From an uncultured archaeon (GTDB lineage: Archaea; Iainarchaeota; Iainarchaeia; Iainarchaeales; JAAZKV01), in the NCBI GenBank assembly GCA_964551375.1, contig CAZKBG010000001.1, positions 360,001-392,000 of the forward strand: DNA of 32,000 bases, given 5' to 3'. The number at the start of each line of letters is the position of its first letter. The stretch's first letter is position 1. This document shows, one piece after another, positions 15,584-22,837 of the stretch. A program made the translations under genes and the position numbers. Under the pieces are notes generated by a model that saw only the letters and a list, made by a program, of their open reading frames with translations, made no database searches and was not told the DNA's origin.

Positions 15584-17542
15584 TTAATTTTTAGTACTCT
15601 TATCCCCAACTTCCCTTTTCATATTAGCAATCTGGTCTCTTAGGGCGATTGCCATTTCAAAGTCAAGTCTTTCTGCTGCGGCGCGCATTTCAACTTCAAG
15701 CTGAGGGATGAGGCGCTCTTTCTCGCTCTTTGGAATGTGCTTTGTGTCTTTGAGGATTAGCATCTGCTCTTCAAGAGGGCGGATGATTGTCTTTGGGGTG
15801 ATTTTGTGCTTCTTGTTGAATGCAAGCTGGATGTCTCTTCTTCTGTTAGTTTCAGCAATTGCGTTCTTCATGGAAGCGGTTGATTTGTCAGCGTAGAGAA
15901 TTACTTTAGAAGCTGAGTTACGAGCAGCTCTTCCAATAATTTGGATTAAGGACTTTTGGTCGCGTAGGAAACCTTCTTTATCAGCGTCAAAAATAGCAAC
16001 TAAACCAAGTTCAGGAATATCAATTCCTTCTCTTAGTAGGTTAATTCCCACAAGAACATCAAACTTCCCTTCTCTTAACTGGCGGATGATTTCGCTTCTG
16101 TCAAGAGTTTTGATTTCAGAGTGAAGATACCTTGCTTTAATATTCTGCGAAGCAAAGTACTCAGCCATTTCTTCAGCAAGTTTTTTTGTTAAAGCTGTGA
16201 TAAGAACTCTGTGCCCTTTTGACAAAACTTCTTTGATTTCTTTAATAACATCATTAATCTGATCCTTTGTTCCTCTGATTTCAACTTCAGGGTCAACAAG
16301 TCCTGTTGGGCGGATGATTTGCTCAACTATATTCTTTGAATGAGCTCTTTCATACTTATCAGGAGTTGCTGAAACAAAAATAACATTCTGCTTTTTCATA
16401 TACTCTTCAAATTCATTAAACTTCAACGGGCGATTATCAAGCGCGCTTGGAAGTCTAAAGCCGTAATCTACTAAAGTTTGTTTTCTCTGCCTGTCTCCGT
16501 TGTACATTCCATTAAGCTGAGGGATTGACTGGTGAGATTCATCAATTACAATCAAAAAGTCGTCTCCGAAATAATCAAGCAGACAATATGGCTTTTCGCC
16601 TTCATTTCTTCCTTCAAAATGCCTTGAATAGTTTTCTATTCCTTTGCAGAATCCAATTGATTTCATTAATTCCAAATCATACTTTGTTCTCTGCTTAAGG
16701 CGGTGCGCTTCAATCATTCCAAGCTTTGGAAGTCTTTCTTCAAGCTCTTTTTCAATTCGAGCCATTGCGCTAATTGTTTCACTTTCAGGAGTAACAAAAT
16801 GTCTTGCAGGGAACAAAAATAAGTGGTCAAGCTTTTGAACAGGATTTCCAGTATTCTTATCAAGCACTGTGATTCTTTCAACATTATCTCCGAAGAATTC
16901 AATTCTAACAATATTTTTATCATACCCTGGAATAATATCCACAGTATCCCCTTTTACTCTAAATCTTCCGCTCACTAGCTCCAAGTCATTTCTTTCATAC
17001 TGAGCGTCAAGGAGCTTTGACATTAAATCATGCCTTGAGAGTTTATCTCCTTTTGAAATATCAAAACCCATTCCCTTGTAATTCTTCGGATTACCCAAGC
17101 CATAAATGCAAGAAACACTTGCAATTACTATTACATCTTTTCTGCTCAATAGAGAAGTGGTTGCAGAAAGTCTCATTCTTTCAATATACTCATTTATCTG
17201 CGAATCCTTCTCAATGTACTGGTCGGTTTGAGGAATATAAGATTCAGGCTGGTAAAAATCATAAAATGAAACAAAGTACTCCACTCGGTTATTTGGAAAG
17301 AAAGCTTTGAATTCATTATACAATTGAGCGGCAAGCGTTTTGTTATGAGCAAGAACTAAAGTTGGTTTTTTTACTTTCTCAATTACATTAGCAATAGTAA
17401 AAGTTTTCCCGCTTCCTGTTACTCCTAAAAGAGTCTGCATTTTGTCCCCGTTTTTTATGCCGTCGGCTAACTCTTTAATCGCTTTTGGCTGGTCGCCGGC
17501 TGGAGCAAACTTTGAAACTACCTTAAACTCTTCAATAGGCAT
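15584..17542 (-). CDS. uvrB: Excinuclease ABC subunit B
   Basis: Walker A GVTGSGKT, helicase motifs (VIDESHQ, LVGINLLREGIDIPE, GRAARN) and the C-terminal UVR motif ERLDFEMAIALRDQI. It is colinear with bacterial UvrB over 652 aa. Confidence 0.95.
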   Translation of the reverse strand: MPIEEFKVVSKFAPAGDQPKAIKELADGIKNGDKMQTLLGVTGSGKTFTIANVIEKVKKPTLVLAHNKTLAAQLYNEFKAFFPNNRVEYFVSFYDFYQPESYIPQTDQYIEKDSQINEYIERMRLSATTSLLSRKDVIVIASVSCIYGLGNPKNYKGMGFDISKGDKLSRHDLMSKLLDAQYERNDLELVSGRFRVKGDTVDIIPGYDKNIVRIEFFGDNVERITVLDKNTGNPVQKLDHLFLFPARHFVTPESETISAMARIEKELEERLPKLGMIEAHRLKQRTKYDLELMKSIGFCKGIENYSRHFEGRNEGEKPYCLLDYFGDDFLIVIDESHQSIPQLNGMYNGDRQRKQTLVDYGFRLPSALDNRPLKFNEFEEYMKKQNVIFVSATPDKYERAHSKNIVEQIIRPTGLVDPEVEIRGTKDQINDVIKEIKEVLSKGHRVLITALTKKLAEEMAEYFASQNIKARYLHSEIKTLDRSEIIRQLREGKFDVLVGINLLREGIDIPELGLVAIFDADKEGFLRDQKSLIQIIGRAARNSASKVILYADKSTASMKNAIAETNRRRDIQLAFNKKHKITPKTIIRPLEEQMLILKDTKHIPKSEKERLIPQLEVEMRAAAERLDFEMAIALRDQIANMKREVGDKSTKN

Positions 17543-17602
17543 AAGTAAAACCCTGATAAGCAGATTTTTTAATTGTTCTAAAGAGGGCTGTCGGACTTAT
17601 GA

Positions 17603-17878
17603 TTAAAGCCCGTATGAGTCAAAGAACTTTCTAATAGTCTGATAATCCTTCAAAAAGTCATGTCCTTTTTCAGTGATGGAATAAGTCCTCTTTCCTCTTT
17701 TATCAAACTTTTCAACAACAAAACCTTTCCCCATCATTTCATTTAAATAATCAGTAAGCATCTGGTGGGATAAATTGGCTTTGTACATTATGTGAGTCGG
17801 ACCGGCTTCCCCCTCTTTTCCCCTGATAAGCAAAAGTATTTCATGAATAATACCGACTTTGTCCCTTTTTGGATTCAT
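17603..17878 (-). CDS. Small winged-helix DNA-binding protein (COG3432/HTH_45-like)
   Basis: IIHEILLLIRGKEGEAGPTHIMYKANLSHQMLTDYLNEMMGKGFVVEKFDKRGKRTYSITEKGHDFL matches the archaeal wHTH pattern: recognition helix, then wing, then a C-terminal helix. Its start overlaps the upstream membrane gene's stop (ATGA). Confidence 0.75.
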   Translation of the reverse strand: MNPKRDKVGIIHEILLLIRGKEGEAGPTHIMYKANLSHQMLTDYLNEMMGKGFVVEKFDKRGKRTYSITEKGHDFLKDYQTIRKFFDSYGL

Positions 17879-18558
17879 TTCTTCAGCACCATGTAAAAAT
17901 TAATCAGCATCAAAATATACGCGATGAGTGAGAGCATGTGCCCAAGAACATAAAGCGCGGGCTCCTGAACCGCCAGAACAAACTGAATTCCGCCAAAAGC
18001 CAAAAAAACAAACGCCACAGCGATAATCTTGCTCAAGCGCCTTTTCTTATACAGATAATTTTTTACAAAATGCCATGCAACAAAAATAAAACAAATCGTT
18101 GCAATGAAGTAAAATACAAAGAAAGGATTTTGAACAAAAAGCAGAGGAACTACCGCAAGCAAAAGCATTACCGCAAGAAGCGATCTTCTGCTCACTTCAA
18201 AAGTCATGTAAAGAAGAATAATTAATCCCACCAGCATGAAAAACATCTGACCGTAAGCGCCTATCGCCTGAAGAGTGAGCGCAAAAGAAAATTCGTTTAA
18301 AGTAAGAAAAGGCTTGACGCCTATTTTTGATAAAAGAAAAAAGTTAAACACAGATTGGAAAAAATATGAAAGTGAGATAAACAAAAACCCCGCCCCAAGA
18401 AGCCCGGTTGAGCGCTGAAGAGTTAATTTGTAAAACCTAAGCGCAAACACCGCGAGGACAAAAACTATTACTGCAAATATTAATTCTAATATAATATCAT
18501 ACCCAAAAAACCAAGGGGCTTGAACTGTGACGAATTCCATAACATACGCCAGTTCCAA
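17875..18558 (-). CDS. Polytopic (about 7-TM) membrane protein, unknown family
   Basis: 227 aa, almost entirely hydrophobic helices with short basic loops. Translationally coupled to the wHTH gene. Confidence 0.65.
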   Translation of the reverse strand: MELAYVMEFVTVQAPWFFGYDIILELIFAVIVFVLAVFALRFYKLTLQRSTGLLGAGFLFISLSYFFQSVFNFFLLSKIGVKPFLTLNEFSFALTLQAIGAYGQMFFMLVGLIILLYMTFEVSRRSLLAVMLLLAVVPLLFVQNPFFVFYFIATICFIFVAWHFVKNYLYKKRRLSKIIAVAFVFLAFGGIQFVLAVQEPALYVLGHMLSLIAYILMLINFYMVLKK

Positions 18559-18690
18559 CAGTATTTAAACTTTCTGGAAGTCGCCTCTAGAACTCCAGTA
18601 TTGATTGAAATTTCACAAAGTATATAAACAAAAATTGGACAAGTAATGAAGAAAGAAAGTTTTGGAGGTAATTATCCGGGAGGAGTTAAA

Positions 18691-18837
18691 ATGAAAAAAA
18701 TCCAGACAAGAGAGAAAGAAATGTATCTAAAGCAAGTGAGGGTTGAATACTGGGAGAAATTCGGCGCTCTGCCAACAATTAGCGAGCTCACCAAAAGCGC
18801 TTGGAATTACTGCAACCCGAAAAATAGAGTTTGCTGA
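18691..18837 (+). CDS. Small hypothetical protein (48 aa)
   Basis: ATG 18691 lies 5 nt after a strong SD GGGAGGAG (18678-18685). TATATAAA at 18621-18628 would place the TSS downstream of the track's ATG at 18646. The segment EYWEKFGALPTISELTKS loosely resembles homing-endonuclease-associated/LexA-N-like HTH repeats; that is a weak guess. Confidence 0.35.
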   Translation: MKKIQTREKEMYLKQVRVEYWEKFGALPTISELTKSAWNYCNPKNRVC

Positions 18838-18880
18838 TGATGCCCGAAGAAAGTTAGAGAGTCAAAGTAAGAATTTTTAG

Positions 18881-19011
18881 ATGAAGACAAGAAGAGAGAA
18901 AATGTTTTTGGAAGGTGTGAAGATATGAAAAAGAGAGAAATAATGGAAAAAGTGTTCAGCGAGTACATAAGACAGACGAAACTTGCCTCAATGTATTCGA
19001 CGCAGCGGTAA
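18881..19011 (+). pseudogene. Two short overlapping ORFs (15 and 28 codons) resembling the N-terminus of the 18691 ORF; possible decayed duplicate
   Basis: MKTRREKMFLEGVKI (18881-18928) and MKKREIMEKVFSEYIRQTKL... (18925-19011) compare with MKKIQTREKEMYLKQVRVEYWEKFG. At DNA level ACAAGAAGAGAGAAAATGT compares with ACAAGAGAGAAAGAAATGT. Confidence 0.25.
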
Positions 19012-19059
19012 TTAATGAAACAAATTATGCTTTCCGGTAAGTCATTTTTGAAAATGGCG

Positions 19060-19129
19060 AGGATATAGCTGCCAGCGCAATTTTAGCCCATCAAACCTGC
19101 CCTTTTAGTGCGAAAGGCAGCTATATCCT
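19060..19129. repeat. Perfect 14-bp inverted repeat forming a 70-nt hairpin/cruciform
   Basis: AGGATATAGCTGCC (19060-19073) pairs with GGCAGCTATATCCT (19116-19129). Inside the loop CGCA (19076-19079) can pair with TGCG (19109-19112), extending the stem. No ORF covers it. Confidence 0.7.
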
Positions 19130-19171
19130 GGAAAGAACTAAAACTTAGTCCAAAATCAGCCTCATTGAATT

Positions 19172-19202
19172 CTGCCCCCAACACGGGCAGAGGACTATTT
19201 TT
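19172..19202 (+). terminator. Short GC hairpin followed by T5 (terminator-like)
   Basis: CTGCCC (19172-19177) pairs with GGGCAG (19185-19190) across a 7-nt loop. TTTTT follows at 19198-19202. Confidence 0.4.
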
Positions 19203-19310
19203 GCAATTTGAAAAAAAGAATAGCGCATTGAAACTAAAAAAAAGCCACACCCAAAGCAATAATAACCCAAATATACTTTACTTATAAAACTCAAAAAGGA
19301 ATGGGTAATT

Positions 19311-20054
19311 GTGGCAAAAAATGTTAAGAAAATAGTAAAGGAAAGCTATTCAAAAATTGCGCAAAACGGCGGGTGCGGATGTTCATGCGGATGCAAAACA
19401 AGCGAGAACGCAAAAATCTCAAAATCAATAGGCTACTCTGAAGATGAGCTTGGCGAGGTATCAATCGCAAACCTTGGACTTGGATGCGGGAACCCGACAG
19501 CATTAGCTGATATAAAAAAAGGAATGATTGTGCTTGACCTTGGAAGCGGAGCAGGAATTGACTGCTTTTTGGCGGCAAAAAAGACAGGAGCAACTGGAAA
19601 AGTAATTGGAGTGGACATGACTGAAAGCATGATTGCTCTTGCAGAGGAAAACGCTAAAAAACTGAAAATTAAAAATGTAGAATTCAAATTAGGAGATATT
19701 GAAAAACTTCCTATTGAAGATAACTCAATTGATGTGATAATAAGCAACTGCGTCATTAACTTAGCTCCTGATAAATTGAAAGTGTTTAAGGAAGCTTACA
19801 GAGTTCTAAAAAAAGGCGGAAAAATGATGGTATCGGATATTGTTCTCCTAAAAGAGCTTGAGAAATGGCAGCGCGAAGACAAAGAACTAATATCAGGATG
19901 CGTAGGCGGGGCCCTGCTAAAAGAAGAATATTTATTAATTATAAAAAAATCGGGATTAAAACCAAGAATTGTTTCAGAAGACAAAGAGATAAGCAAAAGG
20001 CAGTATAATGGAATAGCGCTTGAAAGCATAAAAGTTGAAGCAACAAAAGAATAA
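19311..20054 (+). CDS. arsM: Arsenite S-adenosylmethionine methyltransferase (ArsM/AS3MT family)
   Basis: SAM motif VLDLGSGAGIDCF. The family-typical Cys-containing blocks are GLGCGNP, SNCVINL and SGCVGGA, with VGVDMT and LKKGGKMMVSDI also present. The N-terminal Cys cluster is GGCGCSCGCK. The start is GTG 19311; no in-frame ATG lies nearby. Confidence 0.85.
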   Translation: MAKNVKKIVKESYSKIAQNGGCGCSCGCKTSENAKISKSIGYSEDELGEVSIANLGLGCGNPTALADIKKGMIVLDLGSGAGIDCFLAAKKTGATGKVIGVDMTESMIALAEENAKKLKIKNVEFKLGDIEKLPIEDNSIDVIISNCVINLAPDKLKVFKEAYRVLKKGGKMMVSDIVLLKELEKWQREDKELISGCVGGALLKEEYLLIIKKSGLKPRIVSEDKEISKRQYNGIALESIKVEATKE

Positions 20055-20146
20055 CTGTGCGGAAACATTCACAACCAAAGCCATAATAACCCCGCGGACT
20101 TATTAGTTTTAAACACTAAATAGTGTGAACAAAAGGTGAATAAAAA

Positions 20147-20224
20147 ATGCCAGCAAAAAAAACTGTAAAGAAAACAACAAAAGCAAAGAAAGACGACTGC
20201 GGTTGCAGCTGCTGCTGCAGGTAA
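20147..20224 (+). CDS. Micro-ORF: 25-aa Lys-rich peptide ending in a Cys cluster (MPAKKTVKKTTKAKKDDCGCSCCCR)
   Basis: The ATG lies 7 nt after SD AGGTGA (20134-20139). It sits 92 nt downstream of arsM on the same strand and is followed by a hairpin plus T-run terminator. It is below the ORF-track length cut-off. The only competitor is an antisense 61-aa low-complexity ORF. Confidence 0.45.
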   Translation: MPAKKTVKKTTKAKKDDCGCSCCCR

Positions 20225-20252
20225 AAATGCTTTCAAAAAAAGCACAATCCAC

Positions 20253-20286
20253 AGCTCTTTTAATGAAAGAGCTTTTTATTTTTTTA
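20253..20286. terminator. Hairpin + T-run between convergent micro-ORF/arsM unit and uvrC
   Basis: AGCTCTTT (20253-20260) pairs with AAAGAGCT (20266-20273) across the loop TAATG. TTTTTATTTTTTT follows on the + strand. A weaker TGCTTT/AAAGCA hairpin sits at 20228-20244. Confidence 0.55.
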
Positions 20287-20336
20287 AAAATCAAGTTTTT
20301 TATAAAGAAAGTCAGTTTTTAGGATTAATTTCCAAG

Positions 20337-21869
20337 CTACTTTCCAAGAACTTCTTTTCTTTTTAACACTTTTCTATAGGCATTCGCAAACCTGTGAGCC
20401 TCATCCCTAATTGCTTGAAGCAACTGCAAGCCCTTGTGCTTTCTATCAAGCCTAAGCGGAGAGCTTTTGTTTGGAAAATAAATTTCCTCGAACTGCTTTG
20501 CAAGAGAAATAATCGGGATGCCTAATTTTAATTCTTTAAGCACTCCGCTTGCAACTGCCAGCTGGGTTGGACCGCCGTCAATTACAATCAAATCTGGCTT
20601 TTTCATCTTTAATGAAAGAGAACCGCCATACCTTCTTTTTACAACTTCCTGCATTGCCCACAAATCATCGCTCAAAGTAGGGGCTTGGATTTTAAACTTT
20701 CTGTAATTTGACTTATCCGCAAAACCGTCAGTGAAAGTAACCATGGAAGCCACTGTATTAGTTCCGCTCAAGTGAGAAATATCAAAGCACTCTATAACTC
20801 GTGGAGATTTTTCCAGCCCCAAAGCTTCTTTTAACGCATTTGTCCGTTCATTTCCCGCAAAAAAAGTTGCTGTAATGTTTTTTTCAACAAAATCAAGAAG
20901 CTCCTTCTTATCCCCGCTCTTAGGAACTGTAATTTTTACTGCCTGCCCTGATTTTTTTGAAAGAAATTCTTCAACTATGACTTTTCCTTCAAATTCAAAA
21001 GGAATTAATATCTCGCTTGGGATTTTTATTGAATCATACAATTGAAGCAAAAACTCTTCCAAAAAATCTTCATAATATTGGAAGACAAACTCCTGCTTTT
21101 CTTCAACCACACCCTGCCTTACATTAAACACTAATAGATACACTTCATCTCCGACAATTGAATAATTAATCGCATGAGAATCAATTGTTTTAGTAAACTC
21201 CATAACCTGCTTTTCCTTTAATGTTTTAAGCGCGGCAATTTGATTTCTCAAAGTAAGGGCGTATTCATAGTTTAATATTTGAGTATTCTTCTTCATTTCA
21301 CTTTCAAGCTCTGCTATTAACTCATCAACGCTTCCTTTGAGAATTTTTCTAATCTTTGCAATTCTTGCGGAATAATCTGGCTTATTTTCAAGCATTAATT
21401 TCCGCAATTGAGGAGAAGGCTTTTTGTACAAAATCTTAAAGTGCCTTGTAATAGTATCCATCACCACTCTTCTAACCGCTCCGCTTGTGAAAGGACCAAA
21501 ATACTCGCCTTTCTCGCCCCTAATTCTTGCAACCTCAAGAATCGGCAAATCATCCTCGCTAAGACGAAGATATGCATATCTCCTTGAATCCTTCAAATCA
21601 AGATTAAATTTTGGATAATGAAGCTTAATTAAATTGTTTTCAAGAAGAAGAGCTTCTCCTTCGGTTTTTGTTACAATAAAATCAATATCAAATATTTTAG
21701 TCACAAGCAGAGCAGTTTTTGCATCATGATCTTTCTTTTGAAAATAACTTGACACTCGTTTCTTTAAGTTTTTAGCTTTTCCAACATACAAAACCCCTCC
21801 TTTTTCATCCTTAAACAAGTAACACCCTGGAGAGGAAGGCATTGAAGAAACATCTTTTGGCTTAATCAT
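20337..21869 (-). CDS. uvrC: Excinuclease ABC subunit C, short form without C-terminal (HhH)2 domain
   Basis: N-terminal GIY-YIG (PGCYLFKDEKGGVLYVGKAKNLKKRVSSY), UVR motif (YEYALTLRNQIAALK), and an endonuclease V-like domain ending in LQAIRDEAHRFANAYR. The protein stops 11 residues after that block; no GhG hairpins are present. Confidence 0.9.
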   Translation of the reverse strand: MIKPKDVSSMPSSPGCYLFKDEKGGVLYVGKAKNLKKRVSSYFQKKDHDAKTALLVTKIFDIDFIVTKTEGEALLLENNLIKLHYPKFNLDLKDSRRYAYLRLSEDDLPILEVARIRGEKGEYFGPFTSGAVRRVVMDTITRHFKILYKKPSPQLRKLMLENKPDYSARIAKIRKILKGSVDELIAELESEMKKNTQILNYEYALTLRNQIAALKTLKEKQVMEFTKTIDSHAINYSIVGDEVYLLVFNVRQGVVEEKQEFVFQYYEDFLEEFLLQLYDSIKIPSEILIPFEFEGKVIVEEFLSKKSGQAVKITVPKSGDKKELLDFVEKNITATFFAGNERTNALKEALGLEKSPRVIECFDISHLSGTNTVASMVTFTDGFADKSNYRKFKIQAPTLSDDLWAMQEVVKRRYGGSLSLKMKKPDLIVIDGGPTQLAVASGVLKELKLGIPIISLAKQFEEIYFPNKSSPLRLDRKHKGLQLLQAIRDEAHRFANAYRKVLKRKEVLGK

Positions 21870-21970
21870 ACCAAATACTACGATTAGAATGAGTTAAAAT
21901 AGTTCTCTAAAAAGACAAACTTGCTTAATCTCACCAATAACTTATTTAACCCCAAAAAGGATAATTACAT

Positions 21971-22819
21971 ATGAATCCAATGAAAGGAAGCATAATTAAA
22001 CTCGGAAAAAGAAAAGCATTCCCCGCAGGACTTAACGCAAAAGCAAGAGCAAGACTTAAATCAAGGCAGGTACAGTCGCTGACTGAACAGTCGCGGAAGA
22101 TTAGAGAAAAGGGAAAAGTTAATCCTGAAAAAAGCGCCGCACAGCAGAGAATGACGTTTGGAGAAACAAATGTTGACGCGGCAAGAAGAATACTTTCTGA
22201 TGAAAGAAATATGGATAGAATGAGCGTTCATCAAATTAATCACGAGATTGCAACTGCGGGAGTTATGAGAATACTTAACGCAGGTAGAGTGCACATAGAT
22301 CCAAGAGATGCAAGGCAAGTGATGGGCAACTCTGGGAAAATACTTGAAAGATTCGCAAAAAGAGTTCCAAGCGAGCATGAGCTTTGGAAATATATTCCAG
22401 GACCAAAAAGAGGACCGGATGGAAAACTTCACTACCCTCAAATGAAGAGATTTAAACTTAAAGGAGCTGAAGCCAAAGTTTACATTGAGCAGTTCTCGCT
22501 TCCTCGCAAGTGGAAAGGACAAAAACCTGACAGAGTTGTTCAAGTGCTGAATGAAAGACTACAAAATGTCCCATTTCTTCCCCCAAGAGCGGGAGAAATT
22601 GTAAGCAAAGATTTAGGAATTATAAGAGACATGGCTCCAATTCATTATCCGCCAGTTAGGGAAAGATACAGAGTAATGGGATGGATACTACTTGAAGACT
22701 ATTCAAGCGGAAGAGGCGCAGCTCACCACATGCAGGTTTATTTACAGAAAATTGTTCCAAAAAAAGCTGAAATAGAAAGAGAGCTTAGAATGAAAGCGCA
22801 GGCAAAAACAGGCAACTAA
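21971..22819 (+). CDS. Hypothetical basic protein, no recognisable family
   Basis: 282-aa ORF with a protein-like, non-repetitive sequence. The N-terminus is highly basic (KLGKRKAFPAGLNAKARARLKSRQ). It is divergent from uvrC (101-nt spacer) and convergent with uvrA (18 nt between stops). Confidence 0.65.
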   Translation: MNPMKGSIIKLGKRKAFPAGLNAKARARLKSRQVQSLTEQSRKIREKGKVNPEKSAAQQRMTFGETNVDAARRILSDERNMDRMSVHQINHEIATAGVMRILNAGRVHIDPRDARQVMGNSGKILERFAKRVPSEHELWKYIPGPKRGPDGKLHYPQMKRFKLKGAEAKVYIEQFSLPRKWKGQKPDRVVQVLNERLQNVPFLPPRAGEIVSKDLGIIRDMAPIHYPPVRERYRVMGWILLEDYSSGRGAAHHMQVYLQKIVPKKAEIERELRMKAQAKTGN

Positions 22820-22837
22820 TTCAAACGCACTTCAAAA

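Noticed and set aside
19060-19129. The 14-bp inverted repeat considered as terminal inverted repeats of a MITE/IS remnant
   Set aside because: The total length is only 70 nt. I could not see flanking direct repeats, there is no transposase in the window, and there is no second copy in these 32 kb. It is reported instead as an unexplained structured element.
20109-20294. 61-aa minus-strand ORF listed in the track
   Set aside because: It is the mirror image of the SD-preceded Cys micro-ORF and reads through the terminator hairpin. It has no SD and a Phe/Leu/Ser low-complexity sequence. Coding potential on this strand cannot be fully excluded.
22061-22543. 160-aa minus-strand ORF inside the orphan basic protein gene
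   Set aside because: It is antisense to the longer (282-aa), more protein-like + strand ORF. It is rich in Phe/Ser/Asn runs, and no start context or motif supports it.
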